Below, in pieces: positions 20,629 to 29,713 of a DNA stretch of 64,000 nucleotides (its first letter is position 1; the number at the start of each line of letters is the position of its first letter). Source of the DNA: an uncultured bacterium (lineage in GTDB: Bacteria; CSSED10-310; CAZUFC01); assembly GCA_964619725.1 (NCBI GenBank), contig CAZUFC010000025.1:10385-74384 (forward strand). Direction: 5' to 3'. A program made the position numbers and the translations under genes. The notes under the pieces were generated by a model. That model was not told where the DNA came from, did not search any database, and was given only the letters and a program-made list of their open reading frames with translations.

Positions 20629-21484
20629 ACGTCACGCCACCTCCCGAATCGATAATCATTGTGCGGCGCCGGCAAGCCCAGCACATATAGGAAACGGATA
20701 CGAAAAAACAGGCCGGGTGACGCACCATGGCGCCCAGTTTGACGCCGAGAACGGTGGTTTTTCCGCCGAAACCCATGGGGCCTATGCCCAGCGAATTCAA
20801 TTCATCCGTCAATTTGGATTCCATTTTCGCCAGGGCCGCATTCTCGTTTTCATCGTCAAGCAATCTGAAAAACTGCTCCTTCGACAACCGATAAGAGGTC
20901 ATCCTGTCGCCGCCTATGCCTGCTCCTACCGTGCCCGGCGCGCATCCTTTGCCCTGAGCGGACACGATTGCATCGATAATGCATTTTCTGACTCCCTCAA
21001 GGTCCCGGCCGGCATTCAGCCTGCTGTCCGGCAATTTGTATTGAACGCCTACATTCTCGCTTCCCCCGCCTTTCAACATAAGACGGATTCGCAAGTCCTC
21101 CCTCTCCCACTGCTTGAAAGATATGTAAGGCGCTCCGGTTCCTGTGCCGTCGCCCACATTCTTCCCGCTTATCACGTCCACCGTGTTCGGCCTTAAATAA
21201 CACTTCGCCGTTGCCTCCCTGACGGCTTCCGTGATCAGCTCTTTCAATCCATTCTGCTTTCGCGATACGGGATGATCAACATAAAATAACGTAGTCCCCG
21301 TATCCTGGCACATCGGGACGGATTGTTCTCGAGCAAGCTCTATATTTTCCAGTATCCTGTTTAGCGTACTGCGAGCCAGACTCCCTTCCTGCTCCTCCGA
21401 TGCCGCCGTCCTTATCCGATTCTCAACATCAACGGGCAAATCCGTCGATGTCCTCCTGATTAGTTCGACAATTTCTTCCTTCAT
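20621..21484 (-). CDS. Class I (Fe-S) fumarate hydratase, alpha subunit
   Basis: PMCQDTG, KGGGSEN, GCAP, GIGPMGFGG, CWACRR. Confidence 0.9.
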   Translation of the reverse strand: MKEEIVELIRRTSTDLPVDVENRIRTAASEEQEGSLARSTLNRILENIELAREQSVPMCQDTGTTLFYVDHPVSRKQNGLKELITEAVREATAKCYLRPNTVDVISGKNVGDGTGTGAPYISFKQWEREDLRIRLMLKGGGSENVGVQYKLPDSRLNAGRDLEGVRKCIIDAIVSAQGKGCAPGTVGAGIGGDRMTSYRLSKEQFFRLLDDENENAALAKMESKLTDELNSLGIGPMGFGGKTTVLGVKLGAMVRHPACFFVSVSYMCWACRRRTMIIDSGGGVTYD

Positions 21485-22150
21485 GATGCATAACTGCTTC
21501 CTGAGGCGTTAAAATTTCTCGCTCCTACGTCCTCCTTGATAAAAACCGCAGGATTACTAAACTCTTCGATTAAGCGTCATCCGTAATCGACGACAATGGG
21601 GATTACGGATGATGCGGACGGTAACATAAAGATGAATACTTGTAAAGTGAAAAAACCTGAGAATACTCTATTTTTTTAAGCGAGTTCAATTTTTCCGACG
21701 AAACCGGTCTGTTTCTTCATCAAAGTAAAACGGGAAATTATCTTTATCAGGTTTTATGACTATTCAGCGCCTGTGGGCAGTTGTCCTAACAGTCGCCCGA
21801 TTATTCGCATCTATCGGGAAAATCGTTCCAACTTCTGGAAGAGCTGCTGACGGTATAGCGTTAAGAAGCATTTCCGGTTTTTTAGACTTGAATAACATCC
21901 TGTTCGCAACAGAGAGAATTTTTTGCAGAATGAGCAAAAGGATGGCTGGTTCGGGACTGAGTTCCGGTTTTAAAATGGAGGAGTACAGCAAGCAGGCGAC
22001 ATGATTTGAATATATCTGAGTAGCCTTTAAATTATAGATTTTAAATAGGAAACTGAGTCAAAAGGCTGGAGAAGAGGTATTATTTTTGTCCGGCGGCGGC
22101 GAGAAAGCAAAAAAACTTTGAATTAGAGGAGAATTTAACAAAAATAAGTG

Positions 22151-22180
22151 TTGATATGAAGGTGAGGAATTTGCTATGTT
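22151..22180 (+). promoter_or_regulatory. Putative sigma70 promoter of the hydrogenase operon
   Basis: TTGATA-18nt-TATGTT with a TG extension. Confidence 0.35.
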
Positions 22181-22388
22181 GCGTATGGTCCCGATTTCCG
22201 AAGAGGGACTGCCGGTTAAGAAATTTTGGCGCAAATCCGTTTTCTGTCTGGTGCGTTATTTAGGATTTAAGGAGGAATGAGAGACAAGGCGAAAGGTAGG
22301 AATAGAAGAGTGAAGGGAAAGTTTACGCCAAATTTTCATAAAATTTTTTATTTTTTTCAGGAGAAGAACTAATTAAAGGAGGTTGCGC

Positions 22389-23381
22389 ATGGCGAAACCA
22401 AAGGTAGGCTTTTACTGGTGCGCATCGTGCGGAGGGTGTGAGGAAGCGGTAGTAGACCTGGCGGAGGACATCCTGACGGTCGTGGATGCGGTAGACATAG
22501 TCTTTTGGCCTGTGGCGATGGATTTCAAGAAGAAGGACGTGGAGGCGATGGCCGACGGCGAGCTGGCAGTAAGTTTCATCAATGGAGGAGTTCGGAACGA
22601 CGAGCACGAGGAGATGGTTAAGTTACTGAGGCGGAAGAGCGGATTAGTGGTAGCATTCGGGGCCTGTGCGCATTTAGGAGGCATTCCGGGGTTAGCCAAT
22701 TTTTCGAATCGCGAGCTGGTGTTTGAGCGAGCGTATAAGAAGACGGCATCGACGCATAATCCGGATTACGTAACGCCACAGACGAAGAGCAGCGTGAACG
22801 GCAAGGAGTTGGAGCTTCCATTGTTTTGGGACACGTTGCATCCCTTGGATCATATAATCGATGTAGATTACTATTTGCCGGGATGTGCGCCGCCGCCGGA
22901 TTTAATAATGGATGCAGTGACGGCCATATTAAAGGGAGAGCTTCCGGAGAAGGGAGCGGTATTGTCGCCGAACAAGTCTTTATGCGATACGTGTCCGCGT
23001 TCGGAGAGCAAGCCTGATAAGCTGATGATGAAGGACATCAAGCGTCCTTATGAGGTCATTTTAGACCCAGAGAAATGTTTTCTTGAGCAAGGTGTGATAT
23101 GTTTAGGAATATCGACGAGGACGGGATGCGGGGAGCGCTGCATCAACGCGAACATGCCGTGTCGAGGATGTTTCGGGCCGTTGGACGGAATCCAGGACCA
23201 TGGGGCCAAGACATTGTCGGCCATAGCGTCTTTAGTGGGTATAGAAGGTGAGGAGAGCATGAGCGAGGAAGAGGTGCAGACGCAGATAGAAAAGATCAAG
23301 GACCCTGCAGGACTGTTCTATATGTATGGGTTGGCATCTTCTTTACTCGGAAGGAAACGCATTAAAGGAGGAAAAGCATAA
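22389..23381 (+). CDS. mvhG: F420-non-reducing [NiFe] hydrogenase small subunit
   Basis: ATG 22389 after AAGGAGG. CASCGGC, GACA, PGCAP, CFLEQGVICLG, PCRGC; no Tat signal. Confidence 0.92.
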   Translation: MAKPKVGFYWCASCGGCEEAVVDLAEDILTVVDAVDIVFWPVAMDFKKKDVEAMADGELAVSFINGGVRNDEHEEMVKLLRRKSGLVVAFGACAHLGGIPGLANFSNRELVFERAYKKTASTHNPDYVTPQTKSSVNGKELELPLFWDTLHPLDHIIDVDYYLPGCAPPPDLIMDAVTAILKGELPEKGAVLSPNKSLCDTCPRSESKPDKLMMKDIKRPYEVILDPEKCFLEQGVICLGISTRTGCGERCINANMPCRGCFGPLDGIQDHGAKTLSAIASLVGIEGEESMSEEEVQTQIEKIKDPAGLFYMYGLASSLLGRKRIKGGKA

Positions 23382-24838
23382 TGAAAAGGGTAACCATAGA
23401 CCCGATCACCAGGCTGGAGGGCCACGGCAAGATAGAGATATTTCTTGATGATACGGGCAATGTGGACAAGGCATTTCTGCAGATACCCGAATTAAGGGGA
23501 TTTGAGGAATTTTCAGTGGGCCGTATGGCGGAAGAGATGCCCCGGATTACGCCCAAGATATGCGGGGTATGTCCGACGACGCATCACATGGCTTCAGGAA
23601 AAACGCTGGACGACCTGTTTAACGTGGACCCGCCTGCAGCGGCCAAGAAGATTCGCGAGTTGATAAACTGTGCGTTCATGGCTGAGGATCACATACTGCA
23701 TTTTTATTTTCTGGGCGGACCTGATTTCGTGGTAGGTCCGGATGCTCCGGCTGCGGAACGCAATATTCTCGGCGTGATCAGCAAGGCGGGAATAGAGGCC
23801 GGCAAGAAGGTCATCGACATAAGGAAGAAGCTTCGCAACATAATAACGAAGCAGGGCGGTCGTGTGATTCATCCCGTATGCAATCTGCCCGGCGGCGTAT
23901 CCAAGGGAGTGACGCGTGAGGACCGGGAGGAGTACATAGCCATAGGGAAGGAAGCGATAGAGTTTGCGCAGTTTTCGTTGAAGCTTTTCGACGACATAGT
24001 GTTGAAGAATCAGAGTTACGTTGATACGATCGTGGGCGATGTTTACAAGCACAACACCTATTACATGGGTCTGGTCGACGGGAACAACAAGGTGAATTTT
24101 TACGACGGCGACATCCGCGTGGTTGACCCTGAAGGAACGGAATACGTCAAGTTCAAGCCGAGCGAGTATCTGGAACACATTGAAGAGCATGTGGAGCCGT
24201 GGAGTTATATCAAGTTTCCATATTTAAAGAATATTGGCTGGAAAGGATTCGTGGACGGCAAGGAGAGCGGAGTTTACCGCGTAGCGCCGCTGGCGCGATT
24301 GAATGCTGCAGACGGTATGGCGACGCCTCTGGCGCAGGCTGAATACGACAAGATGTACGAAGTTCTGGGCGGCAAACCGGCTCATAATACTCTGGCTTAT
24401 CATTGGGCCCGGCTGGTGGAAGTCCTCTATGCAGCCGAGAGATTGCTGGAATTGGCGGAAGATGAAGAAATACTTGATCCGACGGTGAGGAAGATACCGG
24501 AATCAGAGCCGAATGAAGGAATAGGAGTGGTGGAAGCGCCGCGGGGCACGCTTTTTCACCATTACAAGTCGGACAAGGACGGCATACTGACGGATGTAAA
24601 TTTAATTGTAGCGACAGTCAACAATTCTGCAGCATTGTGCATGTCTGTAGCCAAAGCCGCTTCAGGCGTCATCAAAAACGGCGAAGTGACGGACGGCGCT
24701 CTCAACATGGTCGAAATGGCCTTCCGCGCTTATGATCCGTGTATGGCGTGCGCGACGCATTCGCTGCCTGGCCAGACGCCGTTGGAAGTGAAGATACGCG
24801 ATCCCAGGGGAAGAACGCTCAAAACTTTGCGACGTTAG
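23381..24838 (+). CDS. mvhA: Group 3c [NiFe] hydrogenase large subunit
   Basis: TRLEGHG, PKICGVC, EAPRG, RAYDPCMACATH plus a C-terminal extension. Confidence 0.93.
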   Translation: MKRVTIDPITRLEGHGKIEIFLDDTGNVDKAFLQIPELRGFEEFSVGRMAEEMPRITPKICGVCPTTHHMASGKTLDDLFNVDPPAAAKKIRELINCAFMAEDHILHFYFLGGPDFVVGPDAPAAERNILGVISKAGIEAGKKVIDIRKKLRNIITKQGGRVIHPVCNLPGGVSKGVTREDREEYIAIGKEAIEFAQFSLKLFDDIVLKNQSYVDTIVGDVYKHNTYYMGLVDGNNKVNFYDGDIRVVDPEGTEYVKFKPSEYLEHIEEHVEPWSYIKFPYLKNIGWKGFVDGKESGVYRVAPLARLNAADGMATPLAQAEYDKMYEVLGGKPAHNTLAYHWARLVEVLYAAERLLELAEDEEILDPTVRKIPESEPNEGIGVVEAPRGTLFHHYKSDKDGILTDVNLIVATVNNSAALCMSVAKAASGVIKNGEVTDGALNMVEMAFRAYDPCMACATHSLPGQTPLEVKIRDPRGRTLKTLRR

Positions 24839-24872
24839 CATTTCCGAAAGGGGAAATTATCATCTCGATATT

Positions 24873-25328
24873 ATGAGAACGTTAGTATTGGGTTTGGGCA
24901 ATCCGATTTTATCGGATGATTCTGTGGGAATAAAAGTGGCGCAGATGCTCAAAAAGGCGGACCCGCCTTTAAAAGCGGAGATAAAAGAGGCGTGTGCGGG
25001 GGGGCTTACTATCCTGGACGAACTGGACGGTTTCGACCGGGTGATACTGGTGGACTCGATAAAGACGGGTAAAGCTTCCCCGGGAACGATTTACAGGCTG
25101 AAAGAGGAGGATTTCAACAGCACGACGCAGTTGTCCGATTCCCATGGCATTGATTTTTTCACAGCGATTGAGATGGGGCGGATATATGGTTGTAAAATGC
25201 CGGAGTTAATCGACATTTTCGCTGTTGAGGTGGAAGATAACGTTACCTTTAGCGAAGACTGCACTGACAAGGTGATGGAGAGTATCCCCATATTAGTGCG
25301 TCAGATAACGGAGGAGGTAAGCCGTTAA
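24873..25328 (+). CDS. Hydrogenase maturation protease
   Basis: LGLGNPILSDDSVG, ILVDS, SH motif. Confidence 0.92.
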   Translation: MRTLVLGLGNPILSDDSVGIKVAQMLKKADPPLKAEIKEACAGGLTILDELDGFDRVILVDSIKTGKASPGTIYRLKEEDFNSTTQLSDSHGIDFFTAIEMGRIYGCKMPELIDIFAVEVEDNVTFSEDCTDKVMESIPILVRQITEEVSR

Positions 25329-26773
25329 TGGAAATAGATTTTGATCGATTAGAAAAAATTGTCGGACCGCAGAACGTGAGAAAGGACCCTGTGGATTTGT
25401 ACATTTATGGAACGGATTCTTCAGTGCACGGGGTTCCTGCGAGCGTAGTGGTAAGGCCTGAAAGCACAGAGCAAGTGCAGGAAGTGCTGCGTTACGCTAA
25501 TTCCGCGGTCATTCCGGTTACGGCTCGCGGGGGCGGTTCCGGCATGTCGGGCCAGGCGATTCCGATGCGCGGCGGAATAGTGTTGGATTTAAAGCGGATG
25601 AACCGCATTCTTGATATAAGACCGGCCGATACGTTATGCGTCGTTGAAGCCGGGGTTGTGGACGACGACCTTAACCGCGCTCTGAAGCCTTACGGGGTTT
25701 TCTGGCCTGCGGCTCCCGCTTCGAGTCGCGTGGCGACTATCGGCGGCGAGATCGTCAACAACGCCAGCGGATTGCGTTCCGTCAAATACGGGGCGACAAG
25801 AGATTCTGTATTGGGAATGAAGGTCGTTATGGCCAACGGCGATTTGATTAAATTGGGAGCAAACACGCGAGTAGAAGCTTCAGGGTATCAGCTTGACAGA
25901 CTCATGGTCGGGTCGGAGGGCACCCTCGGCATCGTCGTAGAAGCCACCCTCAAAATAGTGCCCCTGCCGAAATTCAGATGCATGGGGGTTTCCTATTTCA
26001 AGGAACTGGAGCATGCAGGTGACGCTATTACGGACATTATTTCAAAGGGATGTCAGCCGTCGGTCCTGGAACTGATGGACGACGTAGCCATCGTTGCGGT
26101 GAATCGCGCCCTGGATATGGGCTTGCCGGAAGTTGAAGCTCTGCTCTTTTTTGAAGCGGACGGCATGGTTAAAGAAGTAGTGGATTATGAAATGGACAGA
26201 ATGAAGACTCTATGTGAAGAAAAGGGCGGCTTCGGCATTCATATGAGTTACGATGCCAAGGAAAGAACCAAAATTTTCTCTTCGCGGAAGAAACTTTTCC
26301 CTGCATTATCTCAGTATAGAGACGATCTGGCGTGCACATCTCTGGCCGATGATATGGCCGTCCCTTATTCTCGTATGGCGGAACTGGCCCGGAAAATACA
26401 TGAAATTGCGGATAAAAATAACGTGGTGATGACGGCATACGGCCACTGCGGTTCAGGTTGCATGCATACCAAGATATTGATGGACCCGACCAAGGAATCG
26501 CAATGGGACGATGCCAGAAGAGCTGTCCAGGAAACTTATGATTATGTTTATTCCCTGGGCGGAACTACTTCAGCAGAACATGGGATCGGGCTGTCCAAAG
26601 CTCCTTCCTTCAAGAAAGAAAAGGCGGATTCGCTGGCCGTAATGAAGGCCGTCAAGAAGGCGCTTGACCCTAATAACATTCTGAACCCTGACAAGATGCA
26701 GGATGCCCCTGATGATTGGGTTACGGCGACCAAGCTTCGTTATAACGTGTGCGGATGCTCCGGTTACTATTAG
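25328..26773 (+). CDS. FAD-linked oxidoreductase, GlcD/D-2-hydroxyacid dehydrogenase family
   Basis: ARGGGSG, ATIGG, VKYG, GSEGTLG, GHCGSGCMH, SAEHGIG, LDPNNILNP. Confidence 0.9.
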   Translation: MEIDFDRLEKIVGPQNVRKDPVDLYIYGTDSSVHGVPASVVVRPESTEQVQEVLRYANSAVIPVTARGGGSGMSGQAIPMRGGIVLDLKRMNRILDIRPADTLCVVEAGVVDDDLNRALKPYGVFWPAAPASSRVATIGGEIVNNASGLRSVKYGATRDSVLGMKVVMANGDLIKLGANTRVEASGYQLDRLMVGSEGTLGIVVEATLKIVPLPKFRCMGVSYFKELEHAGDAITDIISKGCQPSVLELMDDVAIVAVNRALDMGLPEVEALLFFEADGMVKEVVDYEMDRMKTLCEEKGGFGIHMSYDAKERTKIFSSRKKLFPALSQYRDDLACTSLADDMAVPYSRMAELARKIHEIADKNNVVMTAYGHCGSGCMHTKILMDPTKESQWDDARRAVQETYDYVYSLGGTTSAEHGIGLSKAPSFKKEKADSLAVMKAVKKALDPNNILNPDKMQDAPDDWVTATKLRYNVCGCSGYY

Positions 26774-26797
26774 GGGATTGAGGATAGAGGAGGAACA

Positions 26798-27346
26798 ATG
26801 GAATTCAAGAATTCGGAAAAATGGAGATGCAAATTAAATGCGTGCATCAGGTGCGGGTATTGCTATGAAAATTGTCATTTGTTCCGCGTAAGCGGATGGG
26901 AAACGGATACGTCGCGGTCCAAGTTGGTGATGCTGCACGGTATAATGGAGGGCGACCTGGAACCGACGGAATATGCTGTCGAGAAGTTCTTCCAATGTTA
27001 CATGTGCAAGCGGTGCGATACTACATGTTCCGCCAAGGTCCCCGTTACGGATATTTTCAAGGATGCGCGGGCTGATTTCATTGAAGCCGGCTTTGATCCG
27101 GTAGGAACCATATCTCAAACGGATGAAGATGTCTGCTGCAGGTGTCAGATATGCATTTCCGTCTGCAAGCATGAAGCTCGTTCCTATGACAAGGAAAACG
27201 ATAAAATCGTGGTGGACAAGGTTAAATGTGAAAGTTGCGGCTGTTGCGTCGCGGCATGCCCTTCGGGAGCTGCCTATAGTCCGGAGGGTTTTGGCGTCAG
27301 TCAAAAAGAATTGCGAGAACAGGTTGTTGTTTTTCTGGGAGGATAA
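26798..27346 (+). CDS. Poly-ferredoxin: GlcF/HdrC-like N domain fused to an HdrA-C-terminal-like ferredoxin domain
   Basis: CIRCGYCYENC, CYMCKRCDTTC, DEDVCCRCQICISVC, CESCGCCVAACPSGA. Confidence 0.8.
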   Translation: MEFKNSEKWRCKLNACIRCGYCYENCHLFRVSGWETDTSRSKLVMLHGIMEGDLEPTEYAVEKFFQCYMCKRCDTTCSAKVPVTDIFKDARADFIEAGFDPVGTISQTDEDVCCRCQICISVCKHEARSYDKENDKIVVDKVKCESCGCCVAACPSGAAYSPEGFGVSQKELREQVVVFLGG

Positions 27347-27351
27347 TTAAT

Positions 27352-27744
27352 ATGAGCGACCGAAAAACCATTATTTTCTTTTGTGAGTGGTCATCGCATC
27401 CCGGTCTGAAACTGTCGCGTTATGCCGAAGAGGAATCCGGCAAGGAACAAAAAATGATCGTCAGCATGTGCCAGGGAAGGGTTTCCCCGGAATTGATCCT
27501 GGAAGCCTTCGGAAAGGGCGCCTGGGGCGTCATGCTGGCCAGTTGCCCGCCGGATGAATGCGAACATGATGCTAATTACAAGGCGCGCCGCAGAATTCTG
27601 TTGACGCAAAAAGTCCTGGAACAATTCGGTATAGAAAAGGATCGGCTTCAAATGGAGTGGATCAGCAAGGGAGACGCCGCCGCTTTCGATAAAGCAGTTC
27701 TCAACTTCGAAAGTCACATCACTGAACTGGGGCCGCCGCTTTGA
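27352..27744 (+). CDS. mvhD: Divergent MvhD-family subunit
   Basis: FFCEWS, MCQGRV, SCPPDECEH, NYKARRR, DRLQMEW. Confidence 0.8.
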   Translation: MSDRKTIIFFCEWSSHPGLKLSRYAEEESGKEQKMIVSMCQGRVSPELILEAFGKGAWGVMLASCPPDECEHDANYKARRRILLTQKVLEQFGIEKDRLQMEWISKGDAAAFDKAVLNFESHITELGPPL

Positions 27745-27804
27745 TTAATCTTATGACTTGAAGGGAAAAGGTTCTGCTGCCGCTTCCTGATTCTGAAAGT
27801 TATC

Positions 27805-27845
27805 AAATGCCGGAAGTCTGGTCGAACCAGGCTTCCGGCATTTTT
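27805..27845. terminator. Bidirectional intrinsic terminator
   Basis: AAATGCCGGAAGTCTGGT-cga-ACCAGGCTTCCGGCATTT hairpin between convergent genes. Confidence 0.8.
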
Positions 27846-29220
27846 AGTCGGAAATCCAAACAGTCTTGATATTGACGAATTCTCGTATGCCCTCTTCGGA
27901 AAGCTCTCTCCCGTAACCGGATTCTTTTATGCCGCCGAAGGGAAGCCGTGGGTCCGATTTAACCATTCCGTTGACGAATATGCAGCCGGCATTTATTTTT
28001 GAGGCCAGCCCGGCGCCCAGTTTCGTATCGGCGGTCCAGACGGAAGCGCCCAATCCGTAAGGGGTATGATTGGCCAGTCTGACGGCATCTTCAGTATCCC
28101 TGGCTTCAATAACCGCTGCAACCGGACCGAAAGTTTCTTCATCAGCCGCCGGCATACCGGGCGCGACGCGGGTCAGCATCGTCGCAGGATAGAAATACCC
28201 TTTGCCTTCAGGAACTTTTCCGCCCAGCACAACCTCAGCCCCCTTCTCAACAGACTCCGTTACCTGCCTGTGCAATTTATTCCTCAGGTCTTCACGAGCG
28301 AGAGGTCCGATATCAGCGTCATCCTGCAGAGGATCGCCCATTTTGAGTCTGGCGAGTCCTTTTTTCATAAGGTCGCAAAATTCTTCCCAAACCTCTTTGA
28401 CAACAATAAAACGCTTCGCCGCAATGCAACTCTGCCCGGAATTCAACGCCCTGGATTGAACTCCGGTCTCAGCCGCTCGTTTCAAATCAGCATCCTTGAG
28501 GACGATAAAAGGGTCGCTGCCTCCCAATTCCATTACTGTCTTTTTCAGCGCACGACCCGCTGTAGAAGCAACGCTTCGGCCTGCCCTGTCGCTTCCCGTT
28601 AAAGTGACGGCGCTGACGGCGTTATGACTTATAATATCGCCTACATCCTCTTCTGAAACGAAAAGATTTACAAAAACGCCTTCAGGAAAACCGGCCTCAC
28701 GGAAAATCCCTTCAATGGCCTGGGCGCACTGGGGAACGTTCGGCGCATGCTTCAACAAAGCAGCGTTGCCCGCCGTCAGCGCCGGCGCCGCAAATCGGAA
28801 TACCTGCCAGAATGGAAAATTCCAGGGCATTATCGCCAGTATCACTCCCAGAGGATCGTAACGAACGTAACTCTCTTTCGCATCAGAACTCTTGCGGCGG
28901 CTCAACAGAAATTCTTCCGCATTATCCGCGAAATAACGGCATACCCAGGCGCATTTCGCCGCTTCACCCTGCGCTTCCTTTATAGGCTTGCCCATCTCGA
29001 CCGTCATCAGCTCACCCAATCGTCTCTTCTCGTCCTCAAGCAGGTCCGCCGCCTTGTGCAGAAGCTCGGTTCTTTTTTTCAAAGGCGTTTCTCGCCACGA
29101 ATCGAAAGCTCTTGACGCAGTTCCCAATAATACCTTCGTCTCCTCTTTGCTTATACATTCAAACTCTTTTAATACCTCGCCGCTTGATGGATTTCGTGAG
29201 ATAAAATTCCTTGCGCTCAT
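27844..29220 (-). CDS. NAD(P)-dependent succinate-semialdehyde dehydrogenase (Sad/GabD1 type)
   Basis: IMPWNFP, TLTGS, ELGGSDP, GQSCIAAK, EETFGP, PFGGIKESGYGRE. Confidence 0.88.
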   Translation of the reverse strand: MSARNFISRNPSSGEVLKEFECISKEETKVLLGTASRAFDSWRETPLKKRTELLHKAADLLEDEKRRLGELMTVEMGKPIKEAQGEAAKCAWVCRYFADNAEEFLLSRRKSSDAKESYVRYDPLGVILAIMPWNFPFWQVFRFAAPALTAGNAALLKHAPNVPQCAQAIEGIFREAGFPEGVFVNLFVSEEDVGDIISHNAVSAVTLTGSDRAGRSVASTAGRALKKTVMELGGSDPFIVLKDADLKRAAETGVQSRALNSGQSCIAAKRFIVVKEVWEEFCDLMKKGLARLKMGDPLQDDADIGPLAREDLRNKLHRQVTESVEKGAEVVLGGKVPEGKGYFYPATMLTRVAPGMPAADEETFGPVAAVIEARDTEDAVRLANHTPYGLGASVWTADTKLGAGLASKINAGCIFVNGMVKSDPRLPFGGIKESGYGRELSEEGIREFVNIKTVWISD

Positions 29221-29713
29221 TGCTTGATTCTCCTGATAATTAACTAATCATTGAACAACAGGACCGCCGCTTCCTTTTCCCATTCATTCTCTTTCCTTGC
29301 CCGCAATACTTGAAATAACTCATCATCAACTGCGGATCGGCCCCGCGGAACTCCTTCGACTGATGTCCTTTTATTGGATTCCCGTTAACTTATTGCTGCG
29401 AAAACTTTTACCGCTGATTCACCGATTTGCGCCACTGGCGTTCGAGGCTCACTGTCACGGTACGAACAGCCCCGGACGGGAATGTTTATATTAATATAAT
29501 GAAATAATGCTGTAAAGGAGCAGGACATCGTGAGGATGTGCAAACGGCATCTGAAAATAATTTTGCTGCTGCAGGGGGAATGATTTTTTGGAATTTTTTT
29601 TATTTATCGCAAAAAAGACTTGACTTGACTTGATTCTTGGAGTAATTATTAGAACTTAGTCTAGGTCATTGACCATGAATTTCTAGTCAAGGATTTCAAC
29701 AGAAACCAAAACA

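Noticed and set aside
21756-22004. Short ORFs on both strands in the fumarase-hydrogenase spacer
   Set aside because: No RBS, motif or coding-like composition.
14056-24838. Methanogen origin or methanogenesis inferred from hdrABC-mvhADG
   Set aside because: No mcr or mtr genes. Sigma70-like promoters, SECIS hairpins adjacent to UGA and the bacterial-type gene set point to a bacterium.
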